Shown here: one piece after another, positions 12,508-24,706 of the stretch
Layout: each line of letters begins with the position of its first letter
Position numbering within the stretch: position 1 is the first letter of the stretch
Origin: Balamuthia mandrillaris
Taxonomy: Eukaryota
NCBI GenBank assembly: GCA_031835245.2
Contig: JAVKOQ020000053.1
Span: forward strand, 1 to 64,000
Direction: 5' to 3'
Length of the DNA: 64,000 bases
Notes under the pieces: model-generated
The model's input: only the letters and a program-made list of their open reading frames with translations
Databases searched by the model: none
What the model was told of the DNA's origin: nothing
Made by a program: the position numbers and the translations under genes

Positions 12508-13239
12508 AATGGTCATCTACATAGCATATAATAGAGAAAGGAGGATTTTATTTTTGGACCATTCCCTTTCAACTTGATAACAATGAAGAAGAAAGTGTAT
12601 AAGTGTTTTAAAATAAAATAAAAAACACCTAAAGTGAGTAGAATAAACTCTCATCCTCAACCCTGATAATAATTTTAATCAATTTTTTGCTATTGTTTTG
12701 TTTGGTTCTGTACCTTATCATCAAAATAGTCTTGCATATAATGATACTATGCATATGAGCCATGAACAATGTGCATTATTCCAGTTGAACTAAAAGGAAT
12801 ACAAGCAATTTTGTGAGAATTAAAATAATGAATAAATAAACACTTACCTTCTGATCCTCCTAACACCTTATGAACATTGCATAATCAGGCTGATTTTAAA
12901 AATAATAAAAATATACACAACATTGCATTAGTATGAAAAATATTCACCTTGAGTATTGTTGAGAATTACTCTCAAAATATTAGCTCCATTGCCTCTTTCC
13001 CTTCCTCCTTTTCCTGTCAATATCTATGACATGGACCAATCACCTGCTGCCACATCACTAGGCTTCTTCCTTTTATTCCATTGCTTCTTTCTCTTTTTCT
13101 TTTAGTTAGTTAGTTTTAAACAAGTCATGTGGTTGTATAATAAAAAGAATTAAAGCTTTATTTTTTGGTTGCTTTAATGAAGCATAAACTATAACATCCA
13201 AGCTTAAGTAAAGAATATAAATATTATTATCAGTATTTG

Positions 13240-14310
13240 GAGTAAACTGAAGGATTGGTGATAGTGTCTTCATTGTGTTGGAAGAGAAAGACTCTTGAAA
13301 CTCAAGAACACTTAGAGTTAAATCATTTGATAATGTTTAATGTTTCTTTTTTTTGCGTTTTTGGAATAAAAATAAACAGGTTAGAATGAAATATGTAATT
13401 TGAAAACTTGGAACCTTTTTAGTGTTCTTATGTGCATAAACATAGTCTTTACATGTTTGAAGGGAAGCAACATCTTGTAAACCAATAGGAAATATGAGCA
13501 TTGATTGTGGTAAGTCAGGTAATGGTGCCTTTTTGAATTGCAGGAATGTGTTCTGGCTATGCAGTCTCTGTTGAACTTCTTCTAAGGCTGTTATCAATGC
13601 TATTTATTTATTACAACAAAGTAAGAATAAAGTGTTAAGTTGAATGCTAGCTAGTACCTTTCTTATCAGGAGTGAAATGAAACCTTTGAGTAAACCTAGC
13701 ATGAAGAAGCAAGTGCTGGTTCCAAAAGCTTTCTCGGAGGTTTGGCTTTGAGACCACTGACAAACCAAACCATTGTGCGTTAGTCATTTGCTGTCAACTC
13801 TGACGAAAGCTGATCCAAAAATAAATTAGGATGAAAAAAAATGAAAGATGAGAGAAAATAGTACCAAGGAAAGTGAGTAAAAGGAGAACAGGGCTTGCTC
13901 TTCACTTGTTACACGCTCTTCAGGTCTTCTACCCCAAGAGAGGGCTACCACCAGACTTGCTTGTTCATCGCAAGCTTCCTGGAAGAAAGCTTTCACATGT
14001 GCTTCCTTTTGTCATCCTCTTCGCTTGCAAACACGAAGTATGCCCCAACGACATAGATTCCACCAGGGATACTGGCCCTCACAAACTCCATCTCTTGTCT
14101 CCAATATTCTCGTCCTCCACACGGCAGAAGGTCGTGGCTGCAGGCCATGCAGCTCAGCAGGGAGGCGGAGGATTGCTCTCCCAACAACCAACCCAACTTG
14201 CAAGCCTTTCCATCTCCTCCTGTAGTCCCTCCACTCAAATGACGAACCACCCACTCAGAGCCAGGGTGCAGGCAGGGAGAGGCTTGCCACTGTTTGCGAC
14301 TTGCTGCCAT
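13240..14310 (-). pseudogene. Spliced gene with ODR-4/MPN-like N-terminus; frameshift near 14005 and CpG-depleted, apparently truncated 3' end
   Basis: GWLLGEQSS and IPGGIYVVGAY motifs; reading continues in another frame (EAHVKAFFQEACDEQ...); later exons run into the repeat zone. Confidence 0.4.
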
Positions 14311-14399
14311 CTATCACGTCGTCACGAAAACCACAAACCAATTTTGTTTGCCATTGGGGATGTCTCTTGGCGCAACAAAACGGAAGAGAAGAAGAAAGA

Positions 14400-15992
14400 A
14401 TGAGGTTTGCGTGGGTGTTGTTGCTGATGGTTCTGTGCTGGTTTGTTGCCGAAGGAGCTAGACAGAAGGAACCCCTCAAGTCAAACTTTCGGGTGGGAGA
14501 AGACATCAAGAGGAACGAACCTCAGTACACCAGAAGAACAGCCCCTGCACAAAACGATCGAGAGCAGGCACAGAACGAGCAGGGCGGAAAGATGGTCGAT
14601 GTCTCTGGCTATAACTTTGAAGCCGCAGTGTTAAACTCCAACAAGGATGTCTTTATCGAATTCTACGTTGCATGGTTTGTATCTTAGTGTTCATTTTTTT
14701 GAGCAAGTGTTCGTTGGTCTGTTTAAAATCATACTGTGAGAACTATCGTTCATATCTTCTTTTATCTCATACGACCTCGCTTTTACCCATTTATAGGTGT
14801 CCTCACTGTCGCAACATCATGCCGGTAACGTACAAATCGCCGTTTCTGTGTGGTCTACATTGTAGTGCCATTTGCTAACATCACCCATTCTTTTGTGTCA
14901 ACAAAAAGGTACTCGATGAAGTGGCCGAACTTTATCAAGGAAAGAAGGATGTACGTACGACCTTTTGAACTGACCATCATTAAAAACAACAACCTAACGT
15001 GTTGGTGGAACTATCATAAGTTCTTAATGGCTCGTTTGAACTCTAATAAGTTCAACGACGTGGCGCAGCGCTACGGCGTAAGCGGTTTTCCAACGATGAT
15101 CCTCTTTCGCAAAGGAGACACGCAAGGAGAGCTCTACAAAGGAAAACGGGACGTGGAGTCCTTTGTGACGTGGTTGACGGCACGTATCGGTCCTCCTCCT
15201 GACAAGCTGAGCATTGAACAACAAGGAAAAGGATCAACGAGTGTTGATGAAGAAGAGGCTAAAGAAAAAACGAAACGGGATGGAACAGTTAAAGAAGAGG
15301 AGGTGAGAAAAGAAGCAGAGCAGAAAGCAGGAGAAAAGACAGAAGAGAAAGAAGAAGATGAAGCCGAAGAGGCAGTTGTGAAGCAGAACACAAAAGAAGA
15401 AAGGGCGACATGGGAGGACGAAGGCCAAGGTGATGATGACCAGCTGTTACAGAAAGGAAATAGGGCTTATTCCTTCAAAACCAAAGAAGAGGAGCTGAAG
15501 GACAGGATCAAAGAAGTACAGATGGCAGTGATGGAGGCAGCCAGGAACATGGCCGCCAAAGCCAATCAACAACCATTGGAATCTCCTCCGCAAGAGAACA
15601 ACGAGTCATCAACAACGATCCAAAGCTCTGCTCCTGTCAACCAAGCCTATCAAGGCTCTCTACCAGAGGCTCTTCCAACAACGATGAGCGAGCCTTCCGG
15701 TTTGCTGGAGAAGCAAACGAGTGAATTAGTTGAGGAAGAAGAAGTGTTAAACTCGGAAGAAGAGGCCTTCTTTGCAGGCTACGCTGGGTGGGTACCCTTC
15801 GTCTGCCTTTGCCCCGCTGCTACTTCGTCAACTTTTTTTTTTACGTTGAAAACAACAGTGTTCAATTGTTTTATCGTAGTTGGACAAGGCAACGAGCGAA
15901 GGGAGCTATCATCCTCGTTCACGATGTGGGCTCTCATAGCGGACGCTATGAAGACCTGTACTCCGCCCTGTTCTTCTCTGGTACCTCTTTTT

Positions 15993-16023
<31 letters not shown>

Positions 16024-16888
16024 CAGAAAAAGAAAGAGACCGAGAAAATAAACTGACCTTTAACAAATAAAGGTTACTCCATCTACTTATACGACTTACG
16101 CGGACATGGTCGATCACCAGGACAGAGAGGGCACGTGGAGGACTGGCTTCACTTTCGCAGCGACCTTCATACGTTCGTGGAACTGGTCCACAAGCAACTT
16201 AACAACAAGGCAAAGCACAACGCTAACAAGCACCATTCAAAGTCAGAGCTTAACGCTGCCTCAGCTTCCGCTGTCCCACTTCCATTGTTCTTGATGGGAC
16301 ATGGAGTTGGAGGCACCATCGTCGCTGACTATGTGTTGCATTCATCTACAAGAGTGTCAGGTCTTGCTCTGTTCAGTCCTTGCCTTCACTCTCCAGCCAA
16401 CAGCTCGGTTGTGCAAGAGTTGGCAACTTACACCATGTCCATGCTGTGGCCTACCTATAATTGGAACTGGCGCACTGGTGCAGTAGCGGAAGAGCTGCTT
16501 GTGGATGAGGTAGATCCTCTATCTCATTCTTTGGTCTCTGCTAGGTTAGATGCTGAGGTATGTGTTGATATTCTGCTCTCCGCTATCTTACTTTGCCACC
16601 TCAAGTTGCTTCTCTTCCGGAAATAAATAGCTCAGGGAAGCCGAAAAGGCAATACATGGTCGCGTCTCCCGGCTTGCGTTGCCGTTGTTTCTCACCGTTG
16701 CCAAGGAGGAAGCTGTTGAGAAGAGAGAGGGCATCCAACATTTATATGCGAGCGTACCCAATAAGGAACAAACGGTGGTGCTGCGCTGGTATGATGGCAA
16801 CGGGGACTACATCTTTACCGAGACTCCTTCCATTTTCTCCTCAGATCTTGAGCGGTGGTTGCAAGAACTGAGCGGCTCTTCATCTTAG
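14400..16888 (+). CDS. Signal peptide + thioredoxin/PDI domain (WCPHC) + acidic linker + Hydrolase_4-type alpha/beta-hydrolase-like domain; ~7 exons
   Basis: MRFAWVLLLMVLCW signal; FIEFYVAW|CPHC across an intron; YGVSGFPT; LVHDVGSHSGRY; YDLRGHGRS; LMGHGVGG. GT-AG junctions stay in phase. Confidence 0.85.
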
Positions 16889-16962
16889 GAAAGAGGCAGT
16901 TGGATCCAAATATTATATGCTCCTATTCTACAACATATACAGGAATGAAGGAGTGGGACGTG

Positions 16963-17486
16963 TTACAATGATTTTAAGCTCTGTGTGCTGTCTTGTGGCA
17001 AACTTGCTTGGTTGTTGCTCCGTGTTTGATAACACAATAGCTCCGCCTCCAGCTCCTTCACTCGTTGTAACAGTTCCTCGCATCTCTCCTCTGCTATCTT
17101 GCGAAGCGCAGTTTCTCGCTCCAGCTTTATCAACAACTCTTCTTGCTGGTGATGCTGCTGTTTATCCCCTTCGTTGCTGTCTGTCGTTGCTTCAATGTTT
17201 GCATCATCCTTCGATCCCAACACGATGCTTGACATCCTCTTACCCAAACGCATCGTCATGAAGCCTCGAAGCCGTGGGCTTGGTAAAACTCCTTGGCTTA
17301 GCTCTTTCAGAGTGATTAGTTAGAAAGAATACGCTAACAGTGACGAAGCGAGAAACGCACCTCGTTGTTTGCGGTTATGAGTTGAAGCACGCGGTCTTGA
17401 CGGTGGCAGGAGGTGCATACTTTGATCTTTTCCTCTTTCCACTTGAGCTGCAAAGTTAACATTAGTGGAGAGAGAGAGAGAGGGAA

Positions 17487-17536
<50 letters not shown>

Positions 17537-19856
17537 GGAAAGAGAGGGAGGGATAGCCAGAGTGGCAACGAACCCGTTTCTTCCAACTTGGTGCTCCAAT
17601 CCTGCTTTTCCTCAGGGCTGGAAAGAAGTATTCTCAATACGGTCTTCTTGTCCTGTTCGTTGGCTTGCAAGACTAAAACGCTCTCAGCTTTACCTTCTTG
17701 CCACCCTCGTGGCGACAAGCCTTCCTCCTCTTCTGCATCTTCTTGAAACGATTCACGTTTTCTAGGAGAGAGCAAAGGGGACTTTGTGGTTGGTGTCGTT
17801 GGTTCTTTACAGTTTTCTTGTCTGTTGTCTTCCTCCACAACCTCAAAACTCTCTCCACTTCCACTTGACTCGACCGACCGAAGTTGAACGACGGTAAAGC
17901 TGTGTAGGAGAACAAGGTGCATCGTCTTCTTGCTGCTCTTCTTAATCTTGGCGATGATGAAGGAGTCGTTGAAGAGGACAAGAAAGACCTTTTTGCTTTG
18001 TTTGGGGCCTGTTAGCAGCTTGCCTCTTCCCTCTCGGACTATGTAGCGTCCCCATCCTAAAAGGTTCGTCTGTGGGTGTTGTCCAAACGAGAAGAAGGAA
18101 AAAGGAAGATAGGAGGAAAAGGAAAGAAGCGACGTTTAGCGCTGAGAAGAGAGCACCAACGAGAGAAGAGAGCGGTGAAGAGGAGAGGAGAGAGCGAGAG
18201 AAGAGAGAAGTAGAGAAGAGAAGAAAGAATACGAAACTTGATCATCATCAAAATAAGACTGCAATTGAAGCATTCTCTGCGTTCGCTCTTCTTGCAATGT
18301 TCTTTCGTTGACCCTATCCAACACCTTCCTTATGTCCTGCAGCGCTGCGACCAGGGCCTCATGGTCCGGATGGTCCTCCGGCGTGTCATGCAGGATGCCC
18401 TCTAAGAGCAGCGGATACTTGACCATCCGCTGCAGCGGCATGATTAAGAAGGAATCCAAAGGAAGATGTCGGCACCGCTCGGACTGGAAGCACTCCTCGA
18501 GGTATCGATCCAACTCGGGATGAGCGGCACGAAGCGCGGGAAGCTTCGTAGGGATGGTCGTATGGTTGCTGCTGTAAGGGGCGTAGTGCTTGAAGAGGTT
18601 TGCCTTGGTAAGAAAGAGCTCTCCCAGACCTTCGTCCACCAGACCAAGCTTGTCCTTCTTCTTGGTGCGAAGCAACTCCAGCTCGCGAAGGAGGTCTTGG
18701 TGCAATTGCAGGAGAGTATCCACGTTGCCAAACAGAGAGACTAGCTGCTCCTTGCTTAGAAGGCCCTTTTGTCGGATGCCCTCCACGAACAAGGAGTTGA
18801 GCAGTTGAAGGTCTCTCACGTAGGAACGTTCTGTGTTAATGAGCTCGTAGATCGCTTCCTGTCTTCTCCGTTGTTGGGCGGTGAGAGAGGCCAATTGTTC
18901 TGCATCCACTGCATCTTCTAGCTCATCAAATAGTTCACTTGAACGAAACGCCTATTTGTTGTTGTTTTTACAATCATTATTTTTGGAAGAAGAAGAAGAA
19001 CAACAACAACAAGAACAACAACATAAGACAACAACAACAACATAAGACAGCATAACACAACAACAACAACAGCGAGAAAAAGAAACAGGAGTTGAACTAG
19101 AACTAGAAGGAGAAACCTGCGGTCGAAGCAGCTGGAGTAAGAGATGGACCTCTCCTTCTCTGTCTCTTTCTTCACTGGCTTTGCGTCTTCCCCTTTTATA
19201 TACAGGCCACCAAGAGAGGTTGGTATCACCGACCTCTTTGAAAGCTTTGTCCAGGTCCACCATCGAATCTCCCACGAATTCTGTAACAAAAATATATAGT
19301 AACGCATAGGTTTTTGTTGTTGGGGAAAAGTGTGGAAAGAACCGCACCTGCTTTACCTCGACGTGACACACGCCACACCTCTAACAACAATCGCTTCCCT
19401 TCGCAGACCTGCTTTGACCCTTTGAGACCATTACTTGGGCACGGAAGAACGAAGGGTCAACGAAAGAACAAAGGGAGAACGAAGGAAGAAGAAGAAGAAC
19501 AAGAACAAGAAGAAAAGCGAATAATTACAAACGAAAGGCTTCATCTTGGAAATGGAGAGGAAAAGATGATGACTTAGCAGCGTTCGTCTTATGGACATAT
19601 TTCCGATCCGAATGAAGGTCTTGATAGTTCTGCTTGAAGGACCTTGGCGTGCGCGAGACCGCTTCGTCATAGGCTTCCTTCGCACGCAGCAAAAGAGCCA
19701 CCACACAAAACCATTCTGTCGTGCTCGAATAGCTTTCTCCTGCCGGTCTTGCTGCCAACACTTCATATACAAACGATCAACTACTGCTTGGAACATGGAA
19801 AGAAGAATAGAAGGAAAGAAAGAGCTACCTTTTCCTTGAAGGTAGCATTCGCTCAT
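16963..19856 (-). CDS. C2 + RhoGEF (DH) + PH + coiled-coil protein; 5' end uncertain
   Basis: DH: RRQEAIYELINTERSYVRDL, LDSFLIMPLQRMVKYPLLLEGIL, TPEDHPDH. C2-like: LLLEVW...EFVGDSMVDL...WWPV...GEVHLLLQ. Confidence 0.85.
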
Positions 19857-20041
19857 GTCGGTGACACACACCGTTCTTCTTTCGGGTTGCTTTCTGTTTT
19901 ATAGAACCGGGTTACAACCAGTTATTTTAAAATTGCTCATTTAATCATGAGAAGGTAAGAACCGTGTTGCGTGGTGTTGCTTTTATTTTGTTATGCAAAC
20001 ATTTATGTTAAAATAAACAAGCGCAGAGAGGGAGAAAGCGC

Positions 20042-21294
20042 TCAGACAAGAAGTAGCTGACGAAGGCGGCTGTTGGCGCTGTCTTCGCTGGAGGCGCTGC
20101 TGCCATCGTCCCCATCACTTTGGCTTGAACTATCATCTGTATAAACTGTTGGGACTGTTTTGACAAGAGAGAGAAAGAGAGAAGTAAGAAAATGGAAAAC
20201 ATAATGAAAGGACGAGAACAAACAAAACGTACCATAACCAGCTGTACAAAAGTCTGTTTGACAAACTGAACTATCTTTGCCACAGTGAGGACAATGAGTC
20301 TTTGCATCGATTTGAGCATTGAGCAAGTGCAACGTTCTGCAAAGCGTAGAGTTGCCTTTCAAAGGATAGTCCGCACAAGTTCCTTTTGTTAAGATAAAAG
20401 TTAGTGAAACACACAAATAAAGAAAAAAACATACAGACAAAAAATTGAAGGTTTAAAAATACCAGGAAGACTTTCCATAAACTTGGTGCATTCCTCTATA
20501 TTGGCGTATTGTTGGTTCTCTCCTTGACACACGACTGCAATGCCAGCGCAGATGAAGCTGATTGGAGGAGACTCTTCATCCCTCAAGAAATCGCCAGAAA
20601 GGTTGTTGTAGATGTAGAGCAGCTTTTCCGAGCAGTTCACAAACTCGAAACGGTTAATTCCGGTTTCATTATAGAATTCTTCTCCTTTTCTGTTTTGAAA
20701 AGGAGAGCAAAAAACAAAAACAAAAACAAAAACAAGACAAAAACAAAACAAAAGAAAAGAAAAAAGTAACAACAAAAAAGTGGAAAGGTGTCAGTCTCAA
20801 CCACAAACAATAAGAAAGAAAAACAAAAAAGAAATATGACTTACTTGGCCCTAACCACGTCCTCTTCAGTTTCGATGTAAAGTTCATTTTCAGAGAGCCA
20901 CTTGATGGTGTCGTTGCGAGGGTCGCGACGAGTCCATTCGAAGTTGTTGTCATTGTACTCAGGGTTACCCAACAAGCCATACTCCAACTGGACAGAGAGG
21001 AGAGAGAAAGAGAGAGGGATTAGTGAACTTCAAACTTGTCATCGGTGATCAGGAATTCGGTTCAACATACCACCATCTCCAGCGGTCCCCATTCGCCAGA
21101 CTGTTCTACGTTGTGGTAGGTCTCGTTGACCATAATGCTGCACGGAGGAAACCACATACAGAAACAAGCGGATTGGAGTGACCATTATTTTTTTAAGAAA
21201 ATAAAAAAGAAAATAAAAAGGTAGGCAAAGCGCAAAAAAAAAGGGGGGCGATAGAGGTACGTACGTTTTCATCTTTGCGGTCCATTCCTCAACG
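20042..21294 (-). CDS. 3' part of a secreted Cys-rich protein of unknown function; 5' part displaced to 28062-28213 by the inversion
   Basis: In-phase exons VEEWTAKMKT|IMVNETYHNVEQSGEWGPLEMV|LEYGLLGNP...; ICAGIAVVCQGENQQYANIEECTKFM; NSTLCRTLHL...HCPHCG. No signal peptide in situ. Confidence 0.7.
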
Positions 21295-21778
21295 CTGGGC
21301 CTGGAGGGCATTACGGCAGCATTTACTCAGTAATGGTGGTAGACAGGCTGTTATTGGCCGGTACCTACGAGAACTCCATCATGATCTTCGACTTGGGAAC
21401 GTTAGTTTGTGTTAGAGCTTTGGCCGGACACATCGGCGCGGTATACGCGGTGTGCGCTCAGGACGGCAAGCGAGTGTTCAGCGGCTCCTACGACAGCACC
21501 ATCAAAGTTTGGAACTTGGAGAACTACAAGTGCATACAAACATTGAAGCGACACGCGAGCAGCGTTGAGGTTCGTTTTAGTTGGGTGAGTTATTATAATT
21601 TTTGATTAACAATGCCATGAAAAAAGGCCCTTGTTTGTGCTGGCGACTATGTCTTTAGTGCTTCTTCTGACAATTCCATAAAGGTCATCTCTCATCTCTC
21701 ATCTCTCTCCTCTCTCCTCTCTCCTCTCTCCTCTCTCCTTCGATCTGACCTATATTTTGTTTACAGGTGTTTCGCTAG
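21295..21778 (+). CDS. TRAF7: Last three WD40 repeats and stop of the TRAF7-like gene, displaced by the inversion
   Basis: GHYGSIYS...GTYENSIMIFD; GHIGAVYA...SGSYDSTIKVW; RHASSVE|ALVC...SSDNSIK|VFR*. Confidence 0.85.
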
Positions 21779-21838
21779 GCCGGGTAAGAATAATATTGTA
21801 AAAAATAAACATTATCCGCAAAAGCACAATTTTTTTTT

Positions 21839-23978
21839 TCATTGCTGCTGCGCGAAAAGAGCCTCTCTGGAGATCCACTTGCCATGGAAGCCGTAAGGCA
21901 CCCTTCTAGGAATTGGGATGGTGGCAACCGGCTCGCACTCCTCGGTGAAGGAGGCAGCATCCATCACCCATAGCTCGGTCGTATCCCTCAACTCATCATA
22001 AACGAAAGTGATGAGATAGCCGTCATCCTCGTTCTCTGCCTGTTTACGCGGAACAAACACACATTCACCTCCATATTTGCCACGAGGGAACTTCATCACC
22101 TTCACGTTTTTCTCTTTCTTCACACTGCTGCTACCACTTTCTTCTTCGCCGCTCTGTTTAAAGTCGAACTTGAGGATGGCATCCAACTTTGGGGCAACGT
22201 TTCCGCTGTCTTTATGGTCTTCCACGCGCATAGCATAACCATAGCGAGTGGGATAGCCTAGCGAGTCATCCCGAACACGAGGGAACTCACAAGGCATATG
22301 CCACAGTCTTCTCTCCTTGACAGAGTTGCTGGCCAAGTTGAACCTCCACTCGTGGGCGAATGGGAGGTGAGCCTCCGAGAAGCCATATCCATTGTCGTCC
22401 AGGTTGAGAGAACCAGTGCTCTTGCTGCGGCAAGCCAGCAGCACCACCTCATGCTTGCCCTCCTCCCAGGCATTGAAAGTATGGAAGATGAAGCAGGAAG
22501 GCGTCTCAAACCAACGGATGTCTGCCTGTTTCTTGGCGTGGCGTGGCAGAATGCCGAATCTGCTGCGTCTCATAGGCTCAAATGCAAGAGGAGACTTGCC
22601 TTCTAAAAGCCTTTCTGGGCGGAAGGTAAAAGGTAGTTCCATTATTATACTTTGGTTGAAGTATGCATGGTTTAAGTTTAGCGTGTTGAAGCTTAAAATT
22701 TAGGAGAAGAATCTAGGAGAACAAGCAAACCTGTAGTGTTGAGTAATGGCAAAGTCGTGCATCATGACGGGCACCTCGATGTCAATAGGCAACGTACGGA
22801 CAAGGCATCCTTCTTTGGAGACCACACTGTAAAAGACATAAGGTGCGCTTTCCACGCGATAACCAAAGAACACCATCTCTCCAGTCTTTGCGTCTACCTT
22901 TGGATGAGCTAAACACAAAAAAAATGTTTAGTCTTGGCTTTAACGGGCACTGTTGGTACAGAGGTCGTTTGTATTAGCGAAGGGTCAAAAGAAAACAAAC
23001 CTGTGAAGGTATGTTGCAGCTTGCCGTTATAGTCATAAGGGCCAACTGTCTCCAATCTGGGCAACTTCACGTGGTGAGGCACATCGTTCTCTACTAACGC
23101 CAACAATCTGCCATCATGATACTCCACATTTGTGTTGGCAGTTCCTATTGTGACCAAGGGGGGGGGGATAGAGAAACACGACAAAGAGAGAACAAGTGAG
23201 ATGGACAATTGGAAATAGATGAATCAGTGAGGTAAAGAAGCGAGAAGAGCAGGAACGAATAGAGGTCGCAGGAAGAAACAAGTCCAACCTTTGCCAGTGA
23301 GACGCTTCTTTATGTGCAGCGTCCTCAACAAACGGTCAGCCAGCAGAAGGAAGAAGGCAGAGGCGTTTCTAAGGTCGCCCAACCGAGGGTACAACCTTTT
23401 GCCACTCTCATTCTCATCTTTCCACCTTTGAGTTTTGACCCATCTGTTCGTGTACGTAGCTCGTCCATCCTCAAAGATCACAGCGTGCAACATGCCATCT
23501 CCATCAAACCTTTTTTTCGACATTTTACTCAGTAACGAACAAAAGAAGTTGAGAGATGAAGGAAAACGAACCAATGATAGTGTCCTCCTTGAGAAGGATG
23601 GTGATCGAAACGAGGATTAGGCCCATTGCGAACCTGCAACAAGCCATAAGAAAAAATAAAAGCAACGAAACAAAAAAAAAACTCGTACAAAGACGCCATC
23701 GAGGTCTTCTGGCAGTTTGCCGTTCACAGGCAGGTCAGAAGCCCACAACTCATCAAAAACAGGAGCAAAGTTCTCCTCCAAGAAAGGATCTGTATTCGAG
23801 TAGCAAGGTTATTCAAACAAGAGAAGCAAGAGGGGAGAGAGAGAGAGAGAGAGAGAGAGAAACTACTGTGGGCAGTCTTCTTATTGCCAAGCAGGCCAAA
23901 GAAGTATTGGGAGGCCTCCCCGAGCAGGGTGAACCACAGCTTCACCGCTACTCGGATCAGCACGAAGAGCTTCCACAT
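21839..23978 (-). CDS. Carotenoid cleavage oxygenase (CCD/NCED/RPE65 family)
   Basis: GPNPRF, FDGDGMLH, TANTN, AHPKVD, MMHDFAIT, FIFHTFNAWE, EFPRV, EDDGY, RVPYGFHGKW; all four Fe-binding His visible. Confidence 0.93.
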
Positions 23979-24195
23979 TTTTTGCGCAAGGAAGAGGTAT
24001 TGGCCTTAATGAAAAGGGGAAAAAAGAAAAGAAAAGAAAAATAGGAAAAGGGGTGTGGCCAAGGTTTCTTCAATAGGGGAGTGAAGGAAAGGATGCTGTG
24101 CGAATAAACTTCAAAAATGTGCCTTTTCTTTCGCTTGTGCTTGGTCTTTATGTATTTTTTCTTTCAGTTTTCTTTGCGGTGATGTGAATGGGTGG

Positions 24196-24673
24196 TTAAA
24201 TAAACGACAAAAGATGATCAACGGCACCTAGTGCTGGAAGAGTTGGTTTGGACGCAGAAGAGACATCATCACCTTCGTTGCCTTCTCCGCCGTCAAGGGA
24301 AATAATGTCGACGTCTCTTTTGGTGGAAGACGAAGGCGAGGAGAACGAGGAGGCGGAAGAAGAAGAAGAATAAGACTCGCTCTCGAGTGTTGTTTCTTCT
24401 CCTTCTTCACCTTTCGCCGCTGTTGTTGCAAGTGGTGTTGGAACAAGACAAGAGCTGCTGCCAAAGCTCGATTTAGGAGAGCTTCCCAACGTTAAGTTGC
24501 AGAACTGTTCGATGGAAATAGGAGCAAAGTAAGTGGCATAAATGTTGACTGATGGTCCCATGATTTGCACGCTGTGCTCAGCTCCAAAGTTATGTCCGAC
24601 TTCATGAGCTGGCACCAGCCACTGTGGATGAACGAAAAGAAGGGAGGGATCATTTAGTTTTGAGTGAGCGAGC

Positions 24674-24706
<33 letters not shown>

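Larger units (their letters stand above)
9670..12650 (-). mobile_element. Second, inverted and internally deleted copy of the Harbinger unit, interrupted by later insertions
   Basis: ~9670-9890 is the reverse complement of ~8050-8260; ~10850-11345 of ~7430-7940; ~11345-12650 of ~5530-6350. Transposase and Myb parts are fused at ~11345. Confidence 0.8.
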
